From positions 6,572,001 through 6,636,000 of the forward strand of contig JBHGNT010000018.1 in NCBI GenBank assembly GCA_043228905.1: a DNA stretch of 64,000 nucleotides, given 5' to 3'. This document shows, piece after piece, positions 37,614 through 49,648 of the stretch. This DNA comes from Azolla caroliniana. Taxonomy: Eukaryota; Plantae; Polypodiophyta. How positions within the stretch are numbered: the first letter of the stretch is position 1; each line of letters opens with the position of its first letter. Made by a program: the position numbers and the translations under genes. A model generated the notes under the pieces. It made no database searches. It saw only the letters and a list, made by a program, of their open reading frames with translations, and had not been told where the DNA came from.

Positions 37614-37798
37614 TGTCGAATACAAGTGTATAATGGACGTATTCACACTATCCCTTTGTATAGATCAAGTTTGGGCCATTTGTGTAATTAGCATAAATGG
37701 TAGATGCCCTAAGTCTGTCACTATATATAGTGACCTTGTAACCTTTTTGTAAGGTTGGGTTGTATTATTGCTTTATGGAATAGAAGAGTCTTTTGTGC

Positions 37799-37832
<34 letters not shown>

Positions 37833-40800
37833 GTGCAACGACCTAGAAACTGTCATACACAGGTACAGAACAGAATCGAATGCTTCTTGATCTTCCGCAT
37901 AGACGACCTTGTCTCCAACATCTGGTATCAGAGCCTGCACAGTATTCGGTCCTTCAATCCGCTGTCGGACGTCGTCTCAGCCTGCACAGCATTCGGTTTC
38001 CTGCGTCATTCGAAGAAGAGAGAAGAAGAAGAAAAAAAAACGAGGCTTGCATCTCATCGCGTTAGATCATCTTCGCTTGGAGTAAGCCAGCCGGTTGTAC
38101 TCTGTCTCTTGTGATCGTAACCGCTCGAGGTGAAATCCCCTTGTGCAACATTGACACGATCGTGCTCCACTCGGTTAAACGGCATCCGAAGAGGTCATCA
38201 AACGCTGCTCGCCGCTCATTGTAACCACTCGGTGCAGATCGGTCTCAAGACAACAACCCCAATTCGTGCTTCATCCGGCTGATCGACATTCGAGAGGATC
38301 AGTTGGATCCGTCTCTCTCGTCGCTGCAGTCACCCGAAGCAGAATCGGTCCAGACAATCGGATTCAATAATTGGTATTTGGCATATATATTCGGAAGCGA
38401 ACCGGGCTCACTCCGACTCGGCAACATTCGGGAAGACCAGTCGGTTCTGTCCCTCAAGTTACCGGAGTCAATTCGAGCAAGTTCAACAATACATATATCC
38501 GAAGCCGAACCAACTCGGGTTCAAATCCGACTAGAACGATATCGGGTGAGCCAACCGGCTGCACTCCAACAAGGTTCGTAGTCAACTCCGAACCGAGCTT
38601 CGTCAACCGAAACCAAATTTGATGGCATCAACATCCGGCTCGTCAGAAATGAGTCTACGAAAGTTCGATGGATCGAACTTCAACTTCTGGAAGGAGCAAA
38701 TGCAGGACTATCTCATAGTCAAGGGGCAAATCGATCCCATCGAAAATGAAGAACCTCCAGAAGGATACAAACCAATTGAGTGGCAGAAGCTGGACAGAAT
38801 CGTCCGCGCCACGATTCGGATGCACCTATCGGAATCGGTATACTTTACGGTGCAATCGTGTACGACAGCATTCGAACTGTGGAAAACACTGTCGGACACC
38901 TACGAAAAGAAGGTCGCTGCAACGATGATGTTTCTGATCCGGCGCCTCTACAACTTGCGGATGAAAGAATTCGATTCGGTTCAAGCACATCTCAATGAGT
39001 ACGAAAGCATAAGCTCCCAAATCTCGTCACAGGGGACGGCAATCGAGGATGAACTCAGAGCAATGATACTCATGAGCAGCCTTCCCTCATCATGGGAAAC
39101 TTTCGTCACAACCGTGTGCAACGCGTCAACCACGGCTGTTAAATACTCCGAAGTCACGAGCGCAATCCTGACCGAAGCAGCTCGGAGAAAGTCTTTCGCC
39201 AAAGACTCAACAGACGATGCTTACGTAGTACAAGGTTCGACAGACCGATCGAACATACGAGGAAGAGATTCCTCACGGCCGCCGAACAATCAGCGAAGAC
39301 GGAGCCAGTCACGGGATAATCGAATCTGCAACTATTGCAAGAAACCCGGACACATCAAAGCCGACTGCCGCGCACTCAAGAACAAGAACGACAAGTCTCA
39401 AAGATCAGACAAGAAGAGTGGCCGGCATGAGGAGATCAATTACGTCAGCTTCTCAGCTGATGTGCTACCAAACGACCCGAATATACTATCAATCGAAAAT
39501 CCAGTCGGATCAGAAGTTCTGCTCACGACTGAAGAATCGAGCACATGGCTCTTAGATTCGGGCGCGTCATTTCACGTGACTCCTCATCGATCCCAATTTC
39601 GGCAATATACGATCCGTCACTCCGACTCAGTTCGAGTCGGTAACTCGCAACACTGTGACATCATTGGAATCGGCACAGTAGAGCTCAACCTTGCAGGTGG
39701 CTCTACACTTGTACTTCACAATGTCCGACATGTACCCGAGCTCTCAAGGCCATTGATCTCAGTCGGACAACTAGATGAAGACGGCATTCGTGCCGGTTTT
39801 TCTTCGGGAGGGTGGACACTCCACAGGGGGAACCTCCTGCTTGCAAGAGGACCCAAGATACACTCACTGTATCCGTTACATGTTACGCTCAGAGAGGGTA
39901 ACCTGTTTTTGGTGGATATTCCTGTGTCATCACTATGGCACAGAAGATTAGGACACCTCAGCAAGGCCGGCATTACGCATCTATCTAGAGCCGGATACAT
40001 CCCTAAACTCTCCTTCTCCGACCATCAATTCTACGAGCATTGCCAGTATGGCAAACAAGCAGCCGCATCACACCCGACATCAGCACCAAGAGAAACGAGA
40101 CCTCTCGATTTGGTCCACTCGGACGTCTGTGGCCCAATGCCGCATCAGTCTCTCGGCGGTGCCTCTTACTTCGTCAGTTTTATTGACGATTCGACTCGAA
40201 AGGTGTGGGCTTATCCAATTCGCACCAAAGTTCGTGTCTTCTCGATCTTCTCCAATTGGCTCGCTATGGTAGAAAATCAAACCGACCGAAAACTGAAATG
40301 CTTTCGGACCGACAATGGGGGAGAGTTCAAATCAGAAGAATTCGTCAAATTCTGCCGACAACGCGGCATCCGACGTGAATTTACGGCACCACACAGTCCG
40401 GAGCAAAACGGGATTGCCGAACGCATGAATCGGACAATCCAAGAACGGATAGTTTCCATGCTCCAACACTCCGGACTGTCAGATGGCTTCTGGGCAGAGG
40501 CTCTACTCACGGCAGTACACATAATCAATATGTCGCCAAGCAGACCTCTAGGACTTCAAATTCCTCAGGAACTATGGATCGGCAGTAAGCCGAATTACGA
40601 CAAACTGAGGATCTTCGGATGCGAGGCATACGCCCTTATTCCGAAAGATGATCGCCGAAAACTTGCACCTCAGTCCAGGAAATGCATTTTCCTTGGATAT
40701 GGATCCGACGGCGAAATGGGATACCGACTCTGGGACCCCGAACGCAGACAAATCGTCCGAAGTTCGGACGTTGTGTTCAACGAGTCGGCTATGAATCCAT

Positions 40801-43136
40801 CAGTCAAAACACCGATCGAAGTCCGAAGGGTAACATTTTCCGATGTGCCGACCCTTCAAGAAGGCCCCGCTCTTAACACACGGTCAGCTTCACGGGTAGC
40901 TGAACCTTACACTACCGATTCGGACAACTCTGACTCGGCACAGCAGCTTTCGGACCATCCGACCTCGATACCCGACACGACCAGTCCAATCATACCTCGA
41001 CGATCCGAGAGACTGTCGCAACCTCCAGAGAGGTATTCTCCTGGAATTTTCTTCACCGACGCCGGTGAACCGACGTCTTACGAAGAAGCATCGACATCTG
41101 TCGATTCCGCCACCTGGCATCTGGCGATGGAGTCGGAAATGCACTCCATTCGGGCAAATAAGACTTGGGATCTGGTCGAATTACCTAGGAACCGACGTGC
41201 TCTTCCTTGCAAGTGGGTTTATCGACTAAAAGAGACGTCTGATTCGACCACCCCAAAGTACAAGGCCAGATTAGTTGCGAAGGGCTTCCGACAAGAATAT
41301 GGCGTCGACTTCGACGAGATTTTTTCACCAGTGGTGAAAATGACAACCCTTCGTTTTCTACTCGGCGTAGTGGCAGCCGACAACTTGGAGCTGATTCAGC
41401 TAGATGTCAAAACAGCATTCCTCCATGGTGATCTTGAAGAGGAAATTTATATGGAGCAGCCAAAAGGCTTCGTGGCAACTGGCCAAGAACATCTAGTCTG
41501 CCGACTCAGGAAGAGTCTATACGGCCTCAAACAGGCACCGCGACAATGGTACAAGAAGTTCGACGACTTCATCCAATCGATCGGCTTCTCAAAAAGCGAT
41601 GAGGACCATTGTTTTTTTACCAACACAGCTCAAGATGGATCACCCATCTTCCTCATCATTTACGTGGACGACATGCTAATTTCTGGACGCCACGCGGGCG
41701 AACTTGCCGATCTCATTCGGCAACTGCGGTTGAAGTTTGCCATGAAGGACCTCGGTCCGGCACGACACATACTTGGCATGAAGATTAGTCGGCATCGCGA
41801 TCAACGACATCTTTTTTTGTCTCAAACCGACTATATCGGACGTGTCTTGGAACGCTTCAACATGCAATCAGCCAAATCTGCTTCAACCCCGCTCCCCATG
41901 AATCTTCGGCTCTCTCAGCGAGACTGCCCGACATCCGGTCCGGAGGGGGAAGATATGAAGTCGGTACCGTATGCACCGGCAGTCGGCTCCCTTATGTACC
42001 TAATGGTCGCGACACGGCCTGATATTTCTCATGTCGTAGGAGTCGTTAGCAGATTTATGCACAATCCGGGCCGATCGCATTGGAACGCAGTCAAGCATGT
42101 GTTCAAATATCTGGCTGGCACAAAAGACCACGGCATTCTTTTCGGTCCGAACTCAACTACAGGCGTAGTCGGTTACACCGACTCGGACTTCGCCGGCTGT
42201 ATAGACAGTCGGAAATCAACAACTGGATACTGCTTCAAATTCGGCAATGGAGCAATTTCGTGGAAGTCGAAACTTCAGGAGTGCACAGCGACCTCAACGA
42301 CCGAAGCAGAATATGTAGCTGCGTCCGACGCTGCAAAAGAAGCTTTGTGGCTCGGTCGGCTGGCGCACACGTTTCGACAAGTCGACCATGACTCGGCCCC
42401 AGTTGTCTATAGCGACAGTCAAGGTGCTGTTGCCTTGTCGAAAAATCCGGTTCACCACAACGCCTCCAAACATATCGACGTTCGATATCACTTCGTTCGG
42501 GACTGCGTCATTTCAGGGAAAATCGGTCTAGAGAAAATATCCACAACCGACAATGTCGCAGATGGAATGACCAAGTGTCTTTCGGCAGACCGCTTTCGGT
42601 CCCTTCGGCATCAGATGGGCGTAACGACAAACCAGTCCGGTTAGAGCCGGACACATCGCAGGATGGTTTCCGACAACCGACATCAGTTCCTTAATGATCG
42701 GCTTCAACTCTTCCGACCCGACCAGTTCGGTCTTCTGCCTTCGGACCCTGCCGACTCGAACAAAACTGATATGTCCGAGAACCTAGGTTTATGCCTGTAA
42801 TCTTAGATAACCCATGTATACGCCCATTACGGGGGAGTGTCGAATACAAGTGTATAATGGACGTATTCACACTATCCCTTTGTATAGATCAAGTTTGGGC
42901 CATTTGTGTAATTAGCATAAATGGTAGATGCCCTAAGTCTGTCACTATATATAGTGACCTTGTAACCTTTTTGTAAGGTTGGGTTGTATTATTGCTTTAT
43001 GGAATAGAAGAGTCTTTTGTGCCTCTCTCTCTCTCTCTCTCTATCTCTGTGCAACGACCTAGAAACTGTCATACGCAGGTACAGAACAGAATCGAATGCT
43101 TCTTGATCTTCCGCATAGACGACCTTGTCTCCAACA
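37614..43136 (+). mobile_element. Full-length young Ty1/copia LTR retrotransposon
   Basis: LTRs 37614-37920 and 42838-43136 (TG...CA) differ, by eye, only in (CT)14 vs (CT)10 and one A/G substitution. TSD AAACC, PBS TGGTATCAGAGCC at 37923-37935, PPT GGGGGAG at 42831-42837. Confidence 0.98.
38622..42644 (+). CDS. Copia gag-pol polyprotein (gag, CCHC knuckle, protease, integrase, RT, RNase H)
   Basis: Uninterrupted 1340-aa ORF with CNYCKKPGHIKADC, WLLDSGAS, VHSDVCGP, RTDNGGEF, QNGIAERMNRT, QLDVKTAFLHGDL, IYVDDML, YTDSDFAG, SDSQGA and KHIDVRYHFVR. Confidence 0.97.
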   Translation: MASTSGSSEMSLRKFDGSNFNFWKEQMQDYLIVKGQIDPIENEEPPEGYKPIEWQKLDRIVRATIRMHLSESVYFTVQSCTTAFELWKTLSDTYEKKVAATMMFLIRRLYNLRMKEFDSVQAHLNEYESISSQISSQGTAIEDELRAMILMSSLPSSWETFVTTVCNASTTAVKYSEVTSAILTEAARRKSFAKDSTDDAYVVQGSTDRSNIRGRDSSRPPNNQRRRSQSRDNRICNYCKKPGHIKADCRALKNKNDKSQRSDKKSGRHEEINYVSFSADVLPNDPNILSIENPVGSEVLLTTEESSTWLLDSGASFHVTPHRSQFRQYTIRHSDSVRVGNSQHCDIIGIGTVELNLAGGSTLVLHNVRHVPELSRPLISVGQLDEDGIRAGFSSGGWTLHRGNLLLARGPKIHSLYPLHVTLREGNLFLVDIPVSSLWHRRLGHLSKAGITHLSRAGYIPKLSFSDHQFYEHCQYGKQAAASHPTSAPRETRPLDLVHSDVCGPMPHQSLGGASYFVSFIDDSTRKVWAYPIRTKVRVFSIFSNWLAMVENQTDRKLKCFRTDNGGEFKSEEFVKFCRQRGIRREFTAPHSPEQNGIAERMNRTIQERIVSMLQHSGLSDGFWAEALLTAVHIINMSPSRPLGLQIPQELWIGSKPNYDKLRIFGCEAYALIPKDDRRKLAPQSRKCIFLGYGSDGEMGYRLWDPERRQIVRSSDVVFNESAMNPSVKTPIEVRRVTFSDVPTLQEGPALNTRSASRVAEPYTTDSDNSDSAQQLSDHPTSIPDTTSPIIPRRSERLSQPPERYSPGIFFTDAGEPTSYEEASTSVDSATWHLAMESEMHSIRANKTWDLVELPRNRRALPCKWVYRLKETSDSTTPKYKARLVAKGFRQEYGVDFDEIFSPVVKMTTLRFLLGVVAADNLELIQLDVKTAFLHGDLEEEIYMEQPKGFVATGQEHLVCRLRKSLYGLKQAPRQWYKKFDDFIQSIGFSKSDEDHCFFTNTAQDGSPIFLIIYVDDMLISGRHAGELADLIRQLRLKFAMKDLGPARHILGMKISRHRDQRHLFLSQTDYIGRVLERFNMQSAKSASTPLPMNLRLSQRDCPTSGPEGEDMKSVPYAPAVGSLMYLMVATRPDISHVVGVVSRFMHNPGRSHWNAVKHVFKYLAGTKDHGILFGPNSTTGVVGYTDSDFAGCIDSRKSTTGYCFKFGNGAISWKSKLQECTATSTTEAEYVAASDAAKEALWLGRLAHTFRQVDHDSAPVVYSDSQGAVALSKNPVHHNASKHIDVRYHFVRDCVISGKIGLEKISTTDNVADGMTKCLSADRFRSLRHQMGVTTNQSG

Positions 43137-43159
43137 AAACCTTCTTCTTCTTCTTCAAG

Positions 43160-43350
43160 TGGGGAAATCATTGGTACCTTGATTTCTTCCATGTGCTTCC
43201 ACATACGCTCACAAGGCAACTTATCAAAGGTTTTCTTGAAGTTTTTGGAACAACAATATAATTTTCTACTTCCATGCACTTTCGCATATGCTCAGAAGTC
43301 ACCATACCAAAGGTTTTCTTGAAGTTTTTGGAACAGTAATATAATTTTTA
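43160..43350 (-). mobile_element. Small LINE RT fragment with an internal duplication
   Basis: KLYCCSKNFKKTFDKLPCERMWKHMEEIKVP resembles GLYCCFVDFKKAFDMVPRDHVWRRMEELEVP at 11150-11240. Confidence 0.6.
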
Positions 43351-43592
43351 ACTCCATTGTATCATTGATTGGTTAGGTTATATGCCCTATGATTGAACTT
43401 GGGAATACATAGAGAGATCTAGTTAAATGCTCCAATTCTTGTAACTAATAGGCTTATTGTCGATGATTGTAATAGATGTTGGACAACTAGACAAATTTTT
43501 CAAGGATATTTTATATGTTAAGGCAAATTTTTGGTCCATGAAGCAAGGGTTGCCTCTTAAATCAATATCAACTTTAGCACTTACTTCATTAA

Positions 43593-44035
43593 TGTAAACA
43601 GTTGCGTATGCGGAAGCTCGTAAGGACAGACATAGTCGGCTCAAGTGGACAACAAAAGACAATTAGGAATAGAGAGAGAGAGAGAGAGAGAAAGCAGACA
43701 ACAAAACTTCTATTACAAAAAAATAATACTCAGTACATACAATTGTGCTCACAAAGCACTTTTTATACAAGCTTCTAACATAGGTTGACTCAAGACTTAC
43801 TGACAAGTACTTGAATGCTCATATCTGCGCATTTGAGACTGACTCCCAAAAATATTCTTGTTACTATGAATAGGAATATTGATCCTAACGGTTTGCTAAC
43901 TCCCTGCCGATCGGCCTTTGTCCCATCCGGCTTTTGGCTTCTTCAGCTGATCCAGGCCTAGCCGATCGATCTTCATTTGATTCAGCTTCCGGCTTCTTCA
44001 GCCGATCTGGCCCATGTTGAGCTTGTCTCTCAACA
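43593..44035 (-). mobile_element. Solo LTR (TGTTGAG..AAGCTCAAC lineage)
   Basis: TG...CA ends, TSD ATTAA/GTTAA, homologous to the LTR at 59202-59701. Confidence 0.85.
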
Positions 44036-46738
44036 GTTAACTTGATGTCTAGATCAAATTATGAGGACAATTTATGCTTATGTGTCCTATGCCATGACTA
44101 TATAGTCATAAACAGTTTTCTCAATGTCCCTACTTTTCAGCTTACTCAATGGCCCTCGACAATGTGCTACATCAATCTCTATTGGCATGGAGCCACCATT
44201 CATAATTGTGTTAGGTTCTTGGGTGGGCATTTAAGGTGAGGCCGATAAACAAGGTATGGGTGCATTGTTTACATTATGAGCATTTATATGGACGTCATTG
44301 TTGGGTTATTGGGACCGGTGTCATCTAAGATATATGACATCCTCGTAACTCCTATCATCTCCTATTCTATAGACTCTAACCTAGGTTGAACTATGTTTTA
44401 TTTGGATGGTCACTCCTTTAACATTACCTTTATCTCTTTATCTCTTGAAGCATTCCCTAAAATTTGTTTCCATTGAGTATTTGTTTCATCTAGTGGTCTT
44501 TTTCTTTTGGACCAAATCTTTGATAACACATATCTTTGTAGTACCCTATCACTCTAAGGTTAACATCTTGGTCATTGTAACACCTTTTCCTTGAGTCAAG
44601 CGTAGCCCCAAGGTCAATCAACCTTTGTATGTTTTGCAAAGCCAACCGAGCACCTCACTAATTAGTTGTGCCTCTTTTGTGTCATCCTCAACTTGTAGGA
44701 TATTGTTCTGAGGTGCTTACACTGTCAACATTTTAGCTATCTAGATTGTAGGTGGTTTGTAGGGGTGTGTGTGTGATGTGTGTGTGCCATCAATGGATGT
44801 GTGGTAGTTTCTTGTCAGTGAGCACGTGAGTTGAAGTCTATGTTCTTCATGAGCAAACAAGTTTGCATGAGGTTGATAATTCGCACTTGGCTTACTTTGT
44901 TGAGTCTTTTTGTTGAGAAGACTCAACATCCTCTTTCTCTTGCCACATGATTTTCTTCTACCCTCATGTTGCCAAGTCGAGCGGAAACACTTAACCATTT
45001 TTTAGTTTAGAGAGATTTTGATTGTCTTCAAATAATCGAACTTATGCCTATAAACATGATTATGATATAAAGAAACATTGAATAGGAATGACCATGAGAC
45101 TTTCTATTAATAGAGTTTTTTTATACAAGGATGTGATTAAGAATGTTGAAAAAATCTGACTTTTATATTTCTCTAACAAAAGTTTATTTCCCCTAAGGCC
45201 ATTTTAAACTTTTGTAGGTTCAAGGTCCTTGCACTCTAGAGTCAAGTGCTACAAGTCCAATTACATTGATGCCATCTAAAAAACAAAAGGAGCGAAATGT
45301 TCATGGAATACTTAACAACTTCATCTATGTAAACATTTATGCATTCTCTCTTTTCATCATTTTCTTAGTGCCAAATAGACTCAGGAAGTTGTGGTCTCTT
45401 TCCCCATCTCATTTTGGTTGTACAAAATTCTCAAGCATTTGTTGTCTTCAATATGTGTTAAATCATAGTTGCTACTCAATTAGTTTACATGCCACCATGT
45501 TTGCATAACTATTGCATTGCGAGGGATTAGAACCATTAGGTTCTTTGAATGTTTGAGGTTGTTTTTTTAGTATCAATCTAAGTTCCAAACTAGTTTCAAA
45601 TGATTTGTAAGTGTTCTGAAATATACATGTTTATAAAAGTAAATGAACTCAAGCAAGGTGACTTTGCGCTTACAAATAGAGTTTATCAACGTTCCCAAAA
45701 AAATTACTCATGCATGTGTATTTCATTCGAGGACAAGGCTCTTAGCAAGATTGTGGCAACGATTTTATTTGCATGCCTTAATCAATTGCATCTACTTTAC
45801 CGATCAAGGAATGAAACTTATATCTTATAAAACGGATTCTCATTCAAAAGATCAAAGCATGCCTATTTTCAAATTCAATGTTTACGTTTAGATAGAATCA
45901 CTAAATGAAATATCAACATTTCTTTAAATATTCACGAAATTGCATGGTGTGAGTGATTCTATGATCTAGAACAAAATTATGAGTGTGATGCATAATGTGA
46001 AGCATTGCCCCTTCCCATGTAAAGTGTTTTATGGAGAGCATAAATGAAAAACATGTCTAGATCTAAATCTTTTGAAATAGGAACATTAGCCTTTTTACTC
46101 ATATGCCACGAATCTATTTTTAAATGCAAGAAGAAGAAGAATTGGAGGATATTTTATAGCATGTCATAGTTGAATTTTATATGGCTCCAATAGAATTTTA
46201 TTCTATTTTTTAGAGAGGAAATGGTTGTTTAACATAGTTTTAATTATGATTCACAAGATTTAAGATCATATGATATGTCGTGGGCACCTAATCCAGAATC
46301 CTATTCTATTTTATTGCGATTGATTGAAATTCTCATTTTAAATCTCCATCATGGATCCCACAAAAAATATGGTTTAAGATAGTAATGAGGACAAAGAACT
46401 ACCTTACAAGCTCAATGCAACTCAAATGGTATACACATGATGGTGTTCAAAGGGACTAGGATTTAGCCATTACACAAATGAAGTGAACAAGATATGCATA
46501 TAAAGATATACTCCATTAGCCCATTTAATTTGTCTTTATCACTTGTGCCACTTTGAACTCATATCATGCATGACGAATAGATTCCACATCATTATTTGAT
46601 CATCGTTACATAAATCAATGTCTGATTATACATGTGTGCAAATGACTACGACCATGAGCCACTATCCACTACAAGAGCGAGCATTATTGCACAAGCCAAA
46701 CTTAATGTAGTGAAATGCATGGGTCAATGATTCAGCCT

Positions 46739-46919
46739 ATGCATTGTAATCGCAGAAAGTTTGTTCGGCAAATGTGCATTGTAAAGTGCAGAAAGTTTGT
46801 TGGGCATATGCACTGTAGAGCAAAAGAAAGTTTGTTCGGCAAATGTGCATTGTAAAGTGCAGAAAGTTTGTTGGGCATATGCATTGTAGAGCGCAAGAAA
46901 GTTTGTTCGGCATATGCAT
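46739..46919. repeat. Five-copy 34-37 bp tandem repeat upstream of the MYC gene
   Basis: Unit TGCATTGTAAAGTGCAGAAAGTTTGTTSGGCA, with two alternating variants. Confidence 0.9.
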
Positions 46920-47398
46920 CGGAATCGAAGAATCACGAGGGTTGAGTCCCCAAGGACAAAGTTGTGACGCTTTGAAGTTAGAAAAAATGCACAAAGGCAT
47001 AGGATCATGTGGGTGGGTGGGTTTGGGGCCTCGGGCCTCTGGTTGTAACCAAAGGTCACCCTACCCAATACCATCTCATCATATATTCTTCTTCTAGGAG
47101 AAATGAGGAAGAGGACAAAAGACACATGATTTATTTATTTATTAACCAAAAAAGGCAAAAAGGGTAATGCCCATGTATTCATTCTTTGTTCTTTTTCTTG
47201 TAAAAAACAAAAAAGAGTACTTTTCTTGGTCTCTTCAGCTTCTTCTCTTCTCAATCTGTCCTCTTCTCAGTCTGCCCTCCCTCCCCCCCCTTCTTTCTTT
47301 CCTTCCTTCTATCCTCTTTGCTTTCCAATTCTCTGATCTAGTATTGATAACTACCCACCACGGCAGAATCCTCTCCTCTCCTCTCTCTCGGGACATTG

Positions 47399-49648
47399 AT
47401 GATGATGTCGCCACTTGGGTCGCCTGATTTCATGTCCGCTTTCGAGCTCGCCGACAATGATCACGCCTTCCTCGACGCATTCATCGGCTCACAAGACCCA
47501 CAATTGTATGAATCATCATCACATACGTGGCCTGCTGCGGCCGCCTCCTCGCACTCTTTCCTACCCAACTATGCCCCCCCTCATTCCTCTCCTTCTTCTT
47601 CTTCTTTGTCCGAGATGGTGCCACCACCACTCAGTAACAATACTACCACCCCCGACAACACGATCCAGCATCGCCTCCAAACCGTGATCGACACTTGTCA
47701 TCCGCGGTGGACTTATGCCATCTTCTGGCAGCTCATGCTCTCCAAGGAAGGAGGCAGCAACAAGGTGCTGGGATGGGGCGATGGATACTTCAATCCCCCC
47801 GACGAATACCACGGTCATCTAGCTCCATCCAGTTACAATACAAACGCCACTGCCTGTGCGGTCGATCAGCAACTCCGCCGCCGGATCCTCCGGGAGCTTC
47901 AGACCATCGTGGGTGGCGGAGGAGGAGGAGATGGAGATGGAGATGGGGATGCTTCCATGTCCACTACTGGTTTCGATGCGCTCGAAGCCGATGTCACTGA
48001 TGCCGAGTGGTTCTATCTCGTCTCCATGATGTATTCTTTGCCTCTCGAGACGTGCACCCCGGGTCAAGCTTTCGTAACCTCTCGCCATGTCTGGATCCCC
48101 CACCGTAATCACCAAGGTGCCATGGAGGTCACCGGCAACAGCAGTCAGCACTACTGCCCACGTGCACGTCTAGCTCAGCGATTCGGTATCAGGACCCTCC
48201 TCTGCATCCCCATCACGAATGGCGTGGTCGAGCTCGGATCTACTGAGCTCATGCAAGAAGATCTAGCCACTGTCTACAGTGTTACCTCCGTCTTCTCCAC
48301 TAGCTTTAACAGTTATGTTGCCGCTCAACATCTTACATCAAGCCCTAATTTCTCAGTTAGCAATGCCACCGGCCTCTCTTTTCAAAGTTCTCACACTTCT
48401 CTGCCCACAGAATCTCGGAGTTTCCCATTAAACTCTAACAACGCCTCTCTTCAACCAAACCCTAATCTGAGCAAACCAGCGATACACCACTCTATTTTGG
48501 CCATGAATTACCCACCCATACCTCTGACATATGGTGCACTCGACCATAATTTCCCATCTACCATACCTGTTGCTCCTCCTATTCCACAGATCTATAGCAG
48601 CACCATGAATTATTTGGATAGTAGCCCTGATGCCTGCGCACCAAATAAGGGTAGAACAAATGTTACCCCAAATTATCTGCAATTCTCCCCAGCTACTAGT
48701 CATGTGCAGGGCTTCAGCCAGTCCACAATCAGCACGGCAGACTATATCAGTGTGAACTCAACCCCGCAACCTCCTCATCGAAAACTCCAGAATGCACAGC
48801 CCAATTCTGGTGCCACGAGTATCGTAAATCCTGGGACCATCAGTCACTCTACAGGCATTACGAGCTGGTGTCCACGAGATCTCGGCACCGTTATGGGTAG
48901 CAGAGACCACCGCCTTCCTATGACCATGGAATCTGAGAACTCTGACATGGACATCACATTCAAGGATGTCATTCATGAGTTTCAAGGAAGTATTATTAGC
49001 AAGCCTAGGAAACGCGGCAGGAAGCCGGCCAACGGCAGAGAAGAACCACTTACCCACGTGGAGGCAGAGAGGCAACGCCGCGAGAAGCTCAACTCGCGCT
49101 TCTATGCATTGAGGGCAGCCATCCCCCATGCGTCCAAAATGGACAAAGCCTCCCTGTTGGGGGATGCAGTGGCTTTCATCCAACAACTCAAATCCAAAGT
49201 GGAGAAGCTAGAACTCGAAAAGATCGTCACTACTGCCGCCACCGTGGGAGAGAAGCCTTCTGGTACCTGCGAAGAGATTTTGAGGGAGGAAGATCCAAGC
49301 AGCTCCTCTGTGATCTTAAAGGAGGTTCAGCCTTCAAATGTAGGCAGTGTTGTCCCTTGCCCTGACCATAAACTGGACATGACTGTCTACTTTCTTCCGA
49401 GCTGCAAAGCACTTATCCGAGTCGAAAGCCCTCACCACGACTATCCAGTGGCCCGCATCATGATGGCTCTGCGAGATCTCCAACTGGAAGTCCATCACTC
49501 AAGCATATCATTGAGAAATTCGAGATTGCATCAGTCAATCATCGTGAATTTCAAGAATGGGAAGCTTTGGTCAGAGGAGGAATTAGCAATGGCAATTTCT
49601 ACTAGGGGAAGGGTTTATTACACTTGTAAAATATGCCCCTCCTTGTGA
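47399..49648 (+). CDS. MYC2: MYC2-like bHLH transcription factor (subgroup III d/e), intronless, about 749 aa
   Basis: bHLH-MYC N domain ([48 protein letters not shown]). b[57 protein letters not shown]-like C-terminus. The ORF track starts at TTG 47396; the first ATG is at 47399. The symbol denotes family, not proven orthology. Confidence 0.95.
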   Translation: MMMSPLGSPDFMSAFELADNDHAFLDAFIGSQDPQLYESSSHTWPAAAASSHSFLPNYAPPHSSPSSSSLSEMVPPPLSNNTTTPDNTIQHRLQTVIDTCHPRWTYAIFWQLMLSKEGGSNKVLGWGDGYFNPPDEYHGHLAPSSYNTNATACAVDQQLRRRILRELQTIVGGGGGGDGDGDGDASMSTTGFDALEADVTDAEWFYLVSMMYSLPLETCTPGQAFVTSRHVWIPHRNHQGAMEVTGNSSQHYCPRARLAQRFGIRTLLCIPITNGVVELGSTELMQEDLATVYSVTSVFSTSFNSYVAAQHLTSSPNFSVSNATGLSFQSSHTSLPTESRSFPLNSNNASLQPNPNLSKPAIHHSILAMNYPPIPLTYGALDHNFPSTIPVAPPIPQIYSSTMNYLDSSPDACAPNKGRTNVTPNYLQFSPATSHVQGFSQSTISTADYISVNSTPQPPHRKLQNAQPNSGATSIVNPGTISHSTGITSWCPRDLGTVMGSRDHRLPMTMESENSDMDITFKDVIHEFQGSIISKPRKRGRKPANGREEPLTHVEAERQRREKLNSRFYALRAAIPHASKMDKASLLGDAVAFIQQLKSKVEKLELEKIVTTAATVGEKPSGTCEEILREEDPSSSSVILKEVQPSNVGSVVPCPDHKLDMTVYFLPSCKALIRVESPHHDYPVARIMMALRDLQLEVHHSSISLRNSRLHQSIIVNFKNGKLWSEEELAMAISTRGRVYYTCKICPSL

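Noticed and set aside
47415-49412. Alternative-frame and antisense ORFs within the MYC gene
   Set aside because: Shadow ORFs of a GC-rich coding sequence.
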